64,000 nucleotides of DNA from Eledone cirrhosa (GCA_964016885.1 OZ024757.1:24614001-24678000), one strand, 5' to 3'. Positions 42,512 through 56,078 are shown, numbered from the stretch's first letter. The notes: generated by a model not told the origin, from the letters alone. Numbers and translations are program-made.

Positions 42512-42918
42512 GAGGGTAGACTGAAAAGTTCATAGACTGACTATGAAGGAGAGATGCTAGAGCTGTGAAATCCTGCAAGTATCAATTTCAAATCTTCTTA
42601 TTAATTGTTTTTTTTTCAATGACTATGTTGAAAAATAAACTTCATTTGGTCATTCCATGAGAGTATCTTAGTTAGCCTATGAGCTTTTCATATACACACA
42701 CATATATATATATATTAATCTTATTAAGGCTAAATAGTGAGTCTTGTTACTCAGGAATTGTTTATCACAGGGTCATTATTCTGATGACCCTGTGATAAAC
42801 AAGCAAAACTCCAGAGTAACGAGATTCACTATTTAGCCTTAATAAAATGAATATTTAAATTCTACTTTGGTATTGAGTAGTCTTTTCTCTCAGCCATCAA
42901 CCACATACGGATATATAT

Positions 42919-42994
<76 letters not shown>

Positions 42995-43204
42995 ATAGAT
43001 AGATAGATATATAATTCGTTTTTGAATTTGTTTTAAGTGATTTTCTTATCTGAAAACGTGTGTTGAAACAGGTAGTGTTATACTTTGGGAGGGTCATGTT
43101 GTTATACTTTGGGAGGGTTATGTTGCCAATAAAAACACACACAACACACAAAAACCTGATAGTGTAGGACAGAACGAAGGAGAGACACACTAAATAAAAA
43201 CCTA

Positions 43205-43247
43205 GTCACTGAGGAGGTCACAGAATGTGTGACGAAAGAGCTTTGAC
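43205..43247 (+). ncRNA. Type I hammerhead ribozyme
   Basis: gtca CTGAGGA g gtcaca-gaatg-tgtgac GAAA gagc TT tgac; decayed relative at 19227-19272. Confidence 0.75.
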
Positions 43248-43408
43248 AATATATAAACAACCTTCCGGTTATCCAACCAACCAACCAACTGGAAATATAT
43301 AATAAATTGAAGTGAAAACCAAGTTACCCCCGATTGAACCCGGGACTCACACATGTAGATATTCCACTAACTCCCTCCTCACTCCCTCTCAGAGTTCCTT
43401 GCCCTGAC

Positions 43409-43444
43409 TCTCCTGATGAAGGACTTATGTTCGAAACGTCGTAA
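43409..43444 (+). ncRNA. Minimal hammerhead motif (weak stem I)
   Basis: CTGATGA a ggac-ttat-gttc GAAA cg TC. Confidence 0.55.
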
Positions 43445-43538
43445 ACAACCCCCACCCCCCACACACACTCTCACCAAGCGTGAAGCTAATAGCAATTTGT
43501 ACCTTTGACTCCTGTGTTTGTTTGTTTGTTTGTCATTG

Positions 43539-43580
<42 letters not shown>

Positions 43581-43784
43581 ATACTTTGGGAGGGTCATAG
43601 TAGAGTATATACAAGATTTAATATAGAAATGGCTTCTACAGGACTAGAACTGTTTCCTTTGAATGAAACAGTTCTAGTCCTGTAGAAGCCATTTCTATAT
43701 TAAATCTTGTATATATATATATATATATATGTATAAATATGTGTGTGTGTATCTATATATCATATATATATATATATATATATA

Positions 43785-44605
43785 TAAATGAAAATAGAGA
43801 AATTAATGTAAGCAAGAACCCGACAGTAATTCAGACAGATAAGTGACTATAACATCAAGATGAAAAATATTTAACGTAAGATATGGGAAAATAAATCAAT
43901 CTTAATTCAAAACAAGTCAAGAAGAAAAATTTTATCCTCAGACTTTGTGTAATCTGGGGAAAAAACTAATAGAATCTTAACTCAAAATAAAATCAAGAAA
44001 AAATACTTATCCATCAATTTGGGAAAATCTACAAATGCACTATATAGTCTGAAAAAAATTATTTCATGAAACTTTTCAGTGGAGTTAGTCACGTTTGGAG
44101 TCGTTCATCAGTAGTGCTCAACACGTTAACTAAGTCTCACTGCTAAAATATGCCAGAGGGGAATTTAAAAGCAGGCAAGTCAAACATTGTGTGGAATTGA
44201 AATAATAAAAACACACGTGGAGACCGGCTAGTGATGCCGGAATGAAACGAAAGTCTGTTTACAAGAAACAGTAGTCAAAACATTCCGAAAAAACTAAAAC
44301 AAAAATATGGAGTTCAGCATAAAGCAATATTATCGCAGTTTAAAAAAAAAAAACTGGGATTAGCCACAAATAATTGTAAGCACTCAAGGAAAAATTCTGA
44401 GTTTAAATATATAAATGAAAATAGAGATATTAATTGTTTCTACTTTAGGCACAAGGCCAGCAATTACCCAGTGTATTACTGGTACTTTATTTTATCGACC
44501 CTGTAAGGGTGAAAGGCAAAGTAAACCTCGGCGGGAAAATAGAGAAATTAATGTAAGCAAGAACCCGACAGTAATTCAGACATATAAGTGACAATAACAT
44601 CAATA
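43785..44605. mobile_element. Direct-repeat-bounded element related to 5730-6425, with a SINE A fragment in its right repeat
   Basis: gaaaatagagaaattaatgtaagcaagaacccgacagtaattcagac at about 43790 and 44535. Confidence 0.6.
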
Positions 44606-44809
44606 TATATATATATATAAATGAAAATAAATATATATATATACATAAATTATACATATATATATACAAAAATTTTCTTATTTTACGACTTTCATATAAT
44701 TGTTCTGCATCCTCCTGCATTGAACCACCTAGGTACTATGACATAACTTATGTATTTGCTAGCATTAGTGTACATCTGTACGCATATGTTGGTAAATATA
44801 CTAATTCTC

Positions 44810-45470
44810 TCTATATATATATACATGTATATATGTATGCATGTGTGTATATGTATGCATGTATATATGTATGCATGTGTGTGTGTGCATGTGTGTGTGT
44901 GTATATGTGTGTGTATCTCTATTACTTTCTCTATATATATATACACACGTATATATGTATGCATGAGTGTGTATATGTGTGTGTATATGTATGCATGTAT
45001 ATATGTATGCATGTGTGTGTGTGTGTGTATATGTGTGTGTATCTCTATTACTCTCTCTATATATATATACACACGTATATATGTATGCATGAGTGTGTAT
45101 ATGTATGCATGTATATATGTATGTGTGTGTGTGTGTATATGTGTGTGTATCTCTATTACTTTCTCTATATATATATACACACATATATATGTATGCATGA
45201 GTGTGTATATGTGTGTGTATATGTATGCATGTATATATGTATGCATGTGTGTGTGTGTGTATATGTGTGTGTATCTCTATTACTCTCTCTATATATATAT
45301 ACACACACACGTATATATGTATGCATGTGTGTGTATATGTATGCATGTATATATGTATGCATGTGTGTGTGTGTATATGTGTGTGTATCTCTATTACTCT
45401 CTCTCTATATATATATATACACATATATGTGTGTGTGTGTATCTCTATTAGTCTCTATATATATACACAA
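44810..45470. repeat. Higher-order (TG/TA) minisatellite
   Basis: The marker gtatctctattactttctctatatatat recurs every ~100-130 bp. Confidence 0.85.
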
Positions 45471-45929
45471 GTGTGTATATATGTGTGATGTACCTATATA
45501 TACGGAAAGTGTGTGAAAGAGGTGGAGAATATTTAAGATATGGGTTGGAATCCTTAGTCACTGATTTACATAATATAAAGTGTGAAGGTCATTGTGAGAT
45601 CTAATCTTATCTGTTTCTGTGACTGTGGAGTGTCACATGAGCAGACTTATGTACATAAACCAACACACATACACTCATACACAGACACATACACTCACAC
45701 CACACATACATAAAAACATGGACAAACACACACATCAAACATACTTCTAAAGCACAAACACACAAACAGACATGCACACAAAGACACACACAGATACTTA
45801 CACACACCAAAACATATCAAATATAGATACACATACACACACATACTGACGCACACATAATGCACAGATACAGAGATATACACACACAGCTATACACACC
45901 AACAAATAGAGATGTATGTACATATGTAC

Positions 45930-46940
45930 GTATTTCAGTTGCTTCTCTGATTTGCCTACCTGTTGAGTCATTTCTATGTTTAGATATTATTCTAATTTCT
46001 ATGTTGTCTATGTTACCGTCATGTTGTTGTCTAACATGTTCGTATAGTACTGACTCGTTTTTTCGTCCTTTTAGTTCCCCCCAGTGTTGGTCTATCCTTT
46101 CACCTATGCTACGAGCTGTCTCACCTATGTATGTTGTTGTCATGTTTCTGCAAGTACCCTCTGTACATCTTATGCTATAGACTACGTTTCTAGTTTTACA
46201 GTTTATCCGGGGGTTCACCTTACATATGATACATTTCCTATTGGTACAGTGGGTTTTCTTAAAAGCGTAGGTTTTGCTGATAAGATGTACAGAGGGTACT
46301 TGCAGAAACATGACAACAACATACATAGGTGAGACAGCTCATAGCATAGGTGAAAGGATAGACCAACACTGGGGGGAACTAAAAGGACGAAAAAACGGGT
46401 CAGTACTATACGAACATGCTAGACAACAACATGACGGTAACATAGACAACATAGAAATTAGAATAATATCTAAACATAGGAATGACCCAGCAGATAGGCA
46501 AATCAGAGAGGCCAGTGAAATAGAAATTAGAAGACCAAAGCTAAACAGAAAGAATGAGTGGAAATAAATAAATAAATATATAGACAGACTGAATAAAAAA
46601 TGGCGTAGACATACAACACAACAGGAGGAACAATGAATATAACACCACTGACGATGTTGCAGATGTGCAACGAAAGATTTATGTAAATTATGTATACTAT
46701 ATATATGTGTTTGTGTCTATATTGTATCTGTATTATTTTTGACCGTCAGTCAGTCAATGGCAACATTGAGGACCGAGTAAGTTAGATCGCAGATATAAAA
46801 GACAGCGAGAAGCGAAAACCAACCAAACAGTGAGTGTGTTCTGTTATTAATTCTGGCAATATTACGCAAATATGACCCTCCCCAAATATAACAATATCTG
46901 TTTCGACACACGATTTCATATAAAAAACCTCGCTAAACTA
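45930..46940 (+). mobile_element. Penelope-like element 3' end with an inverted GIY-YIG duplication
   Basis: GIY-YIG on - (about 46275-45930) and on + (46279-46567), then pLTR with hammerhead core CTGACGA..GAAA at 46648-46675. Confidence 0.85.
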
Positions 46941-46982
46941 TATATATATATATATATATATATTGTACGTATATATATATAT

Positions 46983-47607
46983 GTCGGGTGACTCTTGAGT
47001 GCTACTGGTAACATGTAACCCAGTACAACCTGCCGCATGGTCGGGTCGTCGGCGAGTAAACTGGCAACCCCACTATGTTTACTGGGTGAGGAGGGGGATT
47101 TTGGACACCCTGCAGGACAAAAAAACAAAACCTGACAAAGGGCGGAAGAACTCATAAGAGTCAACGGCCATCCAAAAGTGTGTAAATATGTGTATACACA
47201 TGTACATATATATTTATATGTATATGTGTATATACATGGGTGCATGTGTATGTATATGCACAGGGACATAGAAATAGTCGGGCTGGACACCCGATCACGT
47301 GGTTAAACCACTGGGAGGAAGGACCCCTAACCTTTGTCAGGGCATTCTTCTAGGAGGAGGCAACTCAGGAAACTGGGATCACTCTGATATAAAACCTGTG
47401 GTTCAGTAGTTACTGATGATGTTGATCTTTTCTTCTTTTCGGGTTATAGCTACTGTCACTCAGAGAGTGGGATTGGCTCAGTGCACAGTCTTTCCTCACT
47501 TTAAAAATATCTTCACGCAGGCATTGCATGATAGAATTAATTAATAATTATTAATAATGGTATAACGTGCAATGGCCATACTCGATAATGAGGGGGCAGC
47601 CATCATG
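46983..47607 (+). mobile_element. ~625-bp unclassified non-coding interspersed element with (TATG)n 3' flank
   Basis: Related copies at 177-597 and 39851-40464. Confidence 0.7.
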
Positions 47608-48146
47608 TATGTATGTATGTATGTATGTTCTTCTGGTTTTATAATTATACATCTGTATGTATCGCCAACTGGCCTGTCCCTCCTCATAACAAAGCCATCC
47701 AGTTCCATACTGTAAATGTGGTTGGTGTTAGTAAGGGCATCCAGCTGTAAAAATCCCAGCCAAATTTTACCGTCCAATCTGGCCAGACTTGTCTCTTGTC
47801 ATGGACGACCCATCTAATCCATGCAAGCATGGAAAATGGATATTAAATGGTGATGATGATGTATCTATGTAACTGTGTATGTATTAGTTATGTATATACC
47901 TATGTATGTATGTACCTATGTATGTATTATGTATTATGTATATACCTATATGTACATACATATATATGTATATGTATATACATATATACATATACGTACA
48001 TATATATATATGTGTATATGTATATACATATATACATATATATGTATATGTATATACATGTGTGTATGTATGTATAAAAGTATGAATTTATGTATGTATG
48101 TATGTGTGTGTGTGTGTGTGTGTGTATGTAAATACATGTATGTATA

Positions 48147-48177
<31 letters not shown>

Positions 48178-48865
48178 ATACATGCATGTATGTATTTATG
48201 TATTATGTATGTATGTATGTGTTTGTGTGTATGGCCATCCTAGACTCTTCAGTAATACAAAATAACAGACGTATATATAGATACACACACACACACACAC
48301 ACACATAGATGCATATGCAGGCACATATATAATCAATAGGAAGTGTGGCTTATTGAACCTGGGGGTGGCAGAGGGTCAAAGTAACAAATTCAAAGAAACA
48401 AAACAACAAATAGTCCAGTTATCTTATCAAAATGATAGGTGGGATGGTGTAATGTAGTGGCCTGTGGAATAGGAGTGAAATAACTGTATGTATGTCTGAG
48501 TGGGGGCCAAAGAACACAATTTTGGGTGGAAGATGAAATAGATATATAAAATTGCTGGCATGGCTGAGTGGTTAAGGAGTTTGTTTCACAACATTTTGTA
48601 GTTCCAGGTTAAGTCCCACTGTGTGGCAGCTTGGGCAAATGTCTTTATTATAGGCAGTAGAATCTGGAGCGCGTCAGACAACGTGCTTTGTAGTATAGAG
48701 TTATGGCCCTTTACATTCTGAGTTCCAATCTTACAGAGGTTAGCTTTTTCTTTTATCTTTACAGGGTCAATAAAATAAAGTACCAGTTACACACTGGGTT
48801 GATTTAAATGACTTTCCCTCCCCACAAAATTGTTGGTCTTGTGCCTAAATCAGAAGCCATTATAT

Positions 48866-49245
48866 CATCATCATCATCATTTTACGTCTGCTTTTCCCTG
48901 CTTGCAAGGGTGGGACGGCAACTGGTTCTGGCTTGATTTCTACAGCTGGATGCCCTTCCTAACACCAACCTCATTTACAGTGAGTGATGGATGCTTTTTT
49001 TTTTTCCGTGGTGCCTACACGACCACTTTACAGTGTGGGCTGGATGCTTTTTTGCCGTGGCGCCTACACGACCACTTTGCAGTGGAATGATATGGATCCC
49101 AGTCTCTATCATCTCATTTCTACAGCCTAGTAAACTGGAGCAATGTGAAATAAAGTGTCTTGCTCAAGGAAACAACACATCACCCGGTCTGAGAATTGAA
49201 CTCACAACCTTTCGATTGCAAGGCAATGCTCTAACCACTAAGCGA
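48866..49245 (-). mobile_element. SINE family B, tail-to-tail with SINE A at 48652-48862
   Basis: Same core and tail as the other B copies; one ~47-bp internal duplication. Confidence 0.8.
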
Positions 49246-49413
49246 TGTGTATATATATATATATATAAATGTTTTGTATTTGAGGTAAAATTAAAGATGT
49301 ACCTGTATTATTGTAACAAGCGAGGGACAGAGAAGATTCTCTATTGCTAGAACTGGGGTTGACTGTGAATGGAGTTTGGTCGACAGAAACTGGACAAGCC
49401 TGTTATACATACA

Positions 49414-49922
49414 CAGGGTGGGTAGTAAGAAACTCCCTATTGAAAATTAGTTATAACTTTTAGCCTACTGTGACCACTTGGGACAATATCAATGACCTCA
49501 TGTTCAAGCAAGATGGGGCCTCTCCTCATTTTGCACACACTATCCATGGGTGGCTTGATGTCCAATTTCCAAAACATTGACTGGGACGTCAAGGATATCA
49601 TGTATGGACGGCAAGAAGCCCTAACTTAAAGCCATGTGATTTTATCCTGTCAGGGTGGGTGAAGGAAGAGGTTTATAGCTAAAAAACTTGGACTCAATTG
49701 GTGGAACACATTCATCATGTACTGACCAACATACCACCTAAGTTCCTGATGAAGTCAGTCAAGGATATACTCAGACTATTACAAACACTGGTGAACAACA
49801 GTGGTGTCTATGTAGAATTTTAGCATTGTAGTGTACTTCTACCATTATACTGGTCAAAATAAAACACATTTTATGAAAATCTATCAATAATTAAGAAAGT
49901 TCTTAATTTTGAATAGGACCTG
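49414..49922 (+). mobile_element. Internally deleted DD41D (rosa-type) Tc1/mariner transposon relic
   Basis: 49503-49680 translates FKQDGASPH...WTARSPNLKPCDF with 41 residues between the two Asp; one in-frame stop; cagggtg left end. Confidence 0.75.
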
Positions 49923-49933
49923 TAATATATATA

Positions 49934-50543
49934 TCATCATCATCATCGTTTAACGTCCATCTTCCACGCTAGCATGGGTTTAGATGGGAATTGTCCCACT
50001 TGAGGCAAGATTGGTCATCTCGCTTGTATAGGACTGTCTGGCACGTTTTCTACAGCTGGATGCCCTTCCTAACACCAACCACGCTTACAGTGTGGACTGG
50101 GAGGTTTTTACCGTGTTACCTACACGGCCACATTACAGTGTGGACTGTGTTTTTTTGTCGTGACACCTACACAACCTCATTTATTTAAGACTGGATGTTG
50201 TGGTACCAACATAGCTTTACATCGAAAGGGGTGGTGTAGATGGCGGTGGGGGTAGGGGTAGTGGGACGGGGGATGTATTTTGGTTAAGAGGTGCCTACTG
50301 ACTGTAGGTTTCACTATGTATTTAGGCAAGGCGGGTCTTCTGTATTACTGCGTAGCGCCAAAGATCTCGGACCAGTGACATTGTCTTGGAGAGGTGTAAG
50401 TGTGTAAGGTCGGAATTTATCAAATTGTCCCAGGTTTTTCTGCCTACTCCGTAGCTTCTATCAATTTTGATCACCCTGCACTTTTTTATACAGCTGTCAT
50501 CTTTCATGCGCATCACGTGACCATACCAACGTAGTCTTCTCTC
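49934..50543 (-). mobile_element. RTE-clade 3' fragment
   Basis: [15 protein letters not shown]; (GAT)n tail. Confidence 0.8.
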
Positions 50544-51218
50544 TTTCTATTTACACGTGCTACAGGTCAGTTATTTTAGGTCTCCTTTGTAGTGAGGGAC
50601 ATATCAGCTTCACAAATGCTGACAATCCATAAGCTGAATTGATTCCTTCACTAATTTATGGTGAAACATTCTCCTAGTGAACCTGTATATGTGTGATTTA
50701 GTTATAAGGTGGGTTATTTCATTTTAATTTATCCTTTTAATTATAATGTATTTCCCAAACCTTTCGTAGTTTATATGTTTTTCACTCTAGTGGACTTATA
50801 CCCACTGTAATTGAAAACACATTCTCTTGTGTTTTTTCCTCTCTATATTGTATTTTGAAGTACCCAAGAATTTTTTCCTTTGAGCTTATTAAATTACAAG
50901 GATAAACACGAGTCCTTAACTCCATTGCTGACTTCATTTATACCATAAACGTGGTTTTGTCTTTGCGTGTAATTGTTCTCACCGCTCCAAATAATGACGT
51001 ATCTTCGATTTTTCCTGTTCTTTGCCAGGGAACGTCTCCACAAGCCAAAGTATTGTCTTCCTGTCTTCCTTCTGTTACAACGTTTTTCGAAATATTTACT
51101 TCTGCGTTCACAGATTGATTTTTTTAGTTTCAGAAGATCACGTTAAGGGTGAAAGCAGCGATTCTTTGCTTAAACTTTAATCTGTTATTTTAATAAATAT
51201 ATATATATCATATATATA

Positions 51219-52497
51219 TCATCATCATCATCATCATCGTTTAACGTCCCTGTTCCACGCTTGCATGGGTTTGGACGGGGGTTTTCCCAATTGAGGCAAG
51301 AGTGGTTGTCTTGCTCGCATAGGACTGTCTGGCAAGTTTTCTACAGTTGGATGCCCTTCCTAACACCAACCACATTTACACTGTGGGGCTGGGAGGTTTT
51401 TACGGTGTTGCCTACACGGCCACATTACAGCGTGGACTGTCTGGCGTGTTTTCTACAGCTGGATGCCCTTCCTAACACCAACCACATTTACAGTGTGGGA
51501 CTGGGAGGTTTTTACCGTGTTGCCTACACGGTCACATTACAGCGTGGACTGTGTGTTTTTTGTCGTGACACCTACACGATCTCGTTTGTTTCGGTCTGGA
51601 TGTTGTGGCACCAACATAACTTTGCATTGAAGGGGGCGGTGTGGATGGGGTGGGACGGGGGTGTATTTTGTTAGAGATGCCTACTGACTAGTAGGTTTTA
51701 CTTTGTATTTAGGTGAGGCGGGTCTTCTCTGTTACTGAGTACCGCCAAAGGTCTCGGTCCAGTGACATTGTCTTGGAGAGGTGTAAGTGTGTGAGGTCGG
51801 AATTTATCAGCTCGTCCCAGGTTTCCCTGGGTCTGCCTACTCCGTGGCTACCATCTATCTTTATTGCCCTGCACTTTGTTATACAGCTGTCGTCTTTCAT
51901 GCGCATCACGTGACCATACCAATGTAGCCTTCTCTCGAGTAAACAACATCTGATCCCTCTTATTTCTAATTTTTTCCTTAGTTCGTTTATGCTTTGCCGT
52001 TCACGTATATTACTATTACACATCCAGCGGAGCATGCAAGCTTCGTTCCTCTCTAGTCTGCATATATCCTCTGCACACAATGCCCAGGTCTCACTGCCAT
52101 GCAACATTGATGTTCGTATGCAGGCATCATACAACCTGCCTTTCATTTTTAGGGAGAACCCTTTAGCGGCTAATAGTGGTATAAGCTCTCTGAACTTTTT
52201 CCATCCAGTTCTGACTCTAGCTACTGTACTTTCAGAGCACCCTCCCCCACTGCTGATTTTGTCACCCAGGTAACGGAAGCTGTCCACTATTTCTATAGAA
52301 CCCTCTGCGCAATTGAAAGAGTTAGTGTTTTCTGGGCACTTGCTGCTACTTATTGCACCAGAGCACTGGCCACATGTAAAATCTGTGTTCTTAGTTAGCT
52401 TACCTGTGATCCCACTACATCTTTTATGCACCCATACTTTGCATTTGGGACATAAAATGGAGTTTCTACCTAAGTCTTTCCTACACACTGAGCAATA
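51219..52497 (-). mobile_element. 5'-truncated RTE-clade LINE (ORF 52488-51709) with a Cys/His finger
   Basis: [38 protein letters not shown]; (GAT)n tail. Confidence 0.88.
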
Positions 52498-52506
52498 TAT
52501 GTGAAC

Positions 52507-52556
52507 TTATAAACACTTAATAACAAAAATTTTCCATAACTGGCAATTTGAAACAA
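52507..52556 (-). CDS. Possible short terminal exon (xVSNCQLWKIFVIKCL*) for the 61601 gene
   Basis: Strong acceptor tgtttgttgttttcag and an open phase-1 frame; no homology support. Confidence 0.25.
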
Positions 52557-53956
52557 CTGAAAACAACAAACATTTGTGGAGTTCATGATAATACGTTTTC
52601 CTACAAGTCGCCAATAACAACAACAACAACAATAATAATGATAATAATACAATGGAACCTCAGTTCACAAACTTAATTCATTCCTGAAGGCTGTTCGTCA
52701 CCTGAAATGTTCGTAAACCAAAACTATTTTTCTCATACGAAATGTTGAGAGAGAAATACAGTGAGAGAGAGATTGCATGTGAAAGACATATAGATATCAC
52801 CTTAGTAACTAACTACATAGTTACGATCTGTTACTGTCGGCTTGCGTGTTTGTTAGTCAAGACACCATTTCTAAACAGAGATGCTTTATGTTCAGAAGAA
52901 TTGTTTGTGAACTGATTTGTGAACTGATGAGAGGCGTTCATGAACTGAGGTTCCACTGTAATAATATTGTTTCTACTTTTGGCACAAGGCCAATAATTAC
53001 CCCAGTGCATTACTGGTACTTTATTTTATCGACCTCCTTAAGGATGAAAGGCAAAGTTAACCTTGGCGGGATTTGAAATCAGAACATAAAGGGCTGTAAC
53101 CCTATGCTGCAAAGCATGGTGTCTGACGCTCAACCGATACTGCCAAACCACTGTAATAATAATAATAATGGTACAGCAATGAGTTTAAGGAAAGTCTTGT
53201 CTATATAAGACAGAGGAGAGAATACAGTGAGGGAGATTTGTCAACGTGTTGTTCACTGCTCCCTAACTGAAATATCTAAATCGTTTAACCCTTTAGCATT
53301 TACATTACTCCAAATTATATTTTCGTGGTAAAGGCTTTACTTTACATAATTATCTCACATAATATTGAATCTATGAAATTTTAATATTATTTATTTTGAG
53401 GGCGGTGGATTGGCAGTATCGGTGGAGGGTTGGACGCCATGCTTTCCAGCATAGTTACATCACTTTACGATCTGAGTTCAAATCCCGCCGAGGTTGACTT
53501 TGCCTTTCATCCTTACGGGGTCGATAAAATAAAGTACCAGTAATGCACTGGGTAATTTGCTGGCCTTGTGCCTAAAGTAGAAACAATTATTTATTTTGAG
53601 AACAATACCTTAACATCAGTATGAGCGACTGGTTACAACCAGTTTGAACAGAAAGAGGTGAGAGAATTCTGGTCAGATACGGCTGGTTTACATTTAACAC
53701 CAAAATCAGAAACCATTATCGGTGGTGGATTGGCAGTATCGGTAGAGCGCCAGACAATATGCTTTGCAGCATAGAGTTACATCCCTTTACTTTTGAAATT
53801 CATATCCCACCAAGGTTAGCTTTCCCTTTTCGTCCTATCAGGGTCGATAAAATAAAGTACCAGTAATGCACTGGGGTCAGTTTAATCGACTTTCGCCCCT
53901 CCCTTACAATTGCTGGCCTTGTGCCAAATGTAGAAAGCATTAGCTATCGTCCTTAC

Positions 53957-54109
53957 CTGGTTTGTGAGTGCTGGGAACAGTGGTAACTGCAGGTGATGTC
54001 TTATGAGATGGTTCTACACTCGTATGTCCTTTTGTTCCATGTGAACTGTGGTGAGTTGGTCTCCCAGTTGTGCTTGACTTCTGTGTCTGTGGATGGGCAC
54101 TTGACTTCA
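53957..54109 (-). CDS. Mucin-like 153-nt phase 1-1 exon, third in transcript order (xKSSAHPQTQKSSTTGRPTHHSSHGTKGHTSVEPSHKTSPAVTTVPSTHKP)
   Basis: Branch-like cactgac, acceptor ttgaag, donor ccag|gtaagg, open S/T/H/P-rich frame. Confidence 0.65.
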
Positions 54110-55925
54110 CTTCAACAGTGGAGATATTTATTGTCAGTGATGTGCGTTTGAAAGGATGTGGAAGTCAAATGTAAAAAGATTGAAAAATAAAACAAAAATA
54201 AATAAATAAACAAATAAATAAATAAATAAATAAAATGAAATGAAAAACAAAAAAAAATAGACAAAAGACAGAACAACTAAAATAAAATAAATAAAAATTT
54301 ATAAATATGAAATTTTGAAAGATTTTATTCAAAATTCAGAAAACAACAACAGTAACAACAGCAATGACTACAACAACAACAACAGTAACAACAACAATTA
54401 CTACAATAACAACAACAGCAGCAACAACAACAACGACTACAACAACAACAACAATGACTACAATAATAACAACAACAACAGCAATAATAACAACAACACC
54501 AATAACAACAACAACAGTAACAACAACAATGGCTACAACGACGACGACAACAACAACAACTACAACAACGACTACAATAACAACAACAACAACAACAATA
54601 ATAATAATGATAATAATACAATGGAACCTCAGTTCACAAACTTAATTCATTCCTGAAGGCTGTTCGTCACCTGAAATGTTCGTAAACCAAAACTATTTTT
54701 CTCATACGAAATGTTGAGAGAGAAATACAGTGAGAGAGAGATTGCATGTGAAAGACATATAGATATCACCTTAGTAACTAACTACATAGTTACGATCTGT
54801 TACTGTCGGCTTGCGTGTTTGTTAGTCAAGACACCATTTCTAAACAGAGATGCTTTATGTTCAGAAGAATTGTTTGTGAACTGATTTGTGAACTGATGAG
54901 AGGCGTTCATGAACTGAGGTTCCACTGTAATAATATTGTTTCTACTTTTGGCACAAGGCCAATAATTACCCCAGTGCATTACTGGTACTTTATTTTATCG
55001 ACCTCCTTAAGGATGAAAGGCAAAGTTAACCTTGGCGGGATTTGAAATCAGAACATAAAGGGCTGTAACCCTATGCTGCAAAGCATGGTGTCTGACGCTC
55101 AACCGATACTGCCAAACCACTGTAATAATAATAATAATGGTACAGCAATGAGTTTAAGGAAAGTCTTGTCTATATAAGACAGAGGAGAGAATACAGTGAG
55201 GGAGATTTGTCAACGTGTTGTTCACTGCTCCCTAACTGAAATATCTAAATCGTTTAACCCTTTAGCATTTACATTACTCCAAATTATATTTTCGTGGTAA
55301 AGGCTTTACTTTACATAATTATCTCACATAATATTGAATCTATGAAATTTTAATATTATTTATTTTGAGGGCGGTGGATTGGCAGTATCGGTGGAGGGTT
55401 GGACGCCATGCTTTCCAGCATAGTTACATCACTTTACGATCTGAGTTCAAATCCCGCCGAGGTTGACTTTGCCTTTCATCCTTACGGGGTCGATAAAATA
55501 AAGTACCAGTAATGCACTGGGTAATTTGCTGGCCTTGTGCCTAAAGTAGAAACAATTATTTATTTTGAGAACAATACCTTAACATCAGTATGAGCGACTG
55601 GTTACAACCAGTTTGAACAGAAAGAGGTGAGAGAATTCTGGTCAGATACGGCTGGTTTACATTTAACACCAAAATCAGAAACCATTATCGGTGGTGGATT
55701 GGCAGTATCGGTAGAGCGCCAGACAATATGCTTTGCAGCATAGAGTTACATCCCTTTACTTTTGAAATTCATATCCCACCAAGGTTAGCTTTCCCTTTTC
55801 GTCCTATCAGGGTCGATAAAATAAAGTACCAGTAATGCACTGGGGTCAGTTTAATCGACTTTCGCCCCTCCCTTACAATTGCTGGCCTTGTGCCAAATGT
55901 AGAAAGCATTAGCTATCGTCCTTAC

Positions 55926-56078
55926 CTGGTTTGTGAGTGCTGGGAACAGTGGTAACTGCAGGTGATGTCTTATGAGATGGTTCTACACTCGTATGTCCTT
56001 TTGTTCCATGTGAACTGTGGTGAGTTGGTCTCCCAGTTGTGCTTGACTTCTGTGTCTGTGGATGGGCACTTGACTTCA
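55926..56078 (-). CDS. Mucin-like exon, second copy
   Basis: Identical by eye to 53957-54109, including splice sites. Confidence 0.65.

Noticed and set aside
54315-54656. Poly-Asn, poly-Thr and poly-Cys ORFs (also at 56284 and 58264)
   Set aside because: (AAC)n microsatellite inside the duplicated intron.
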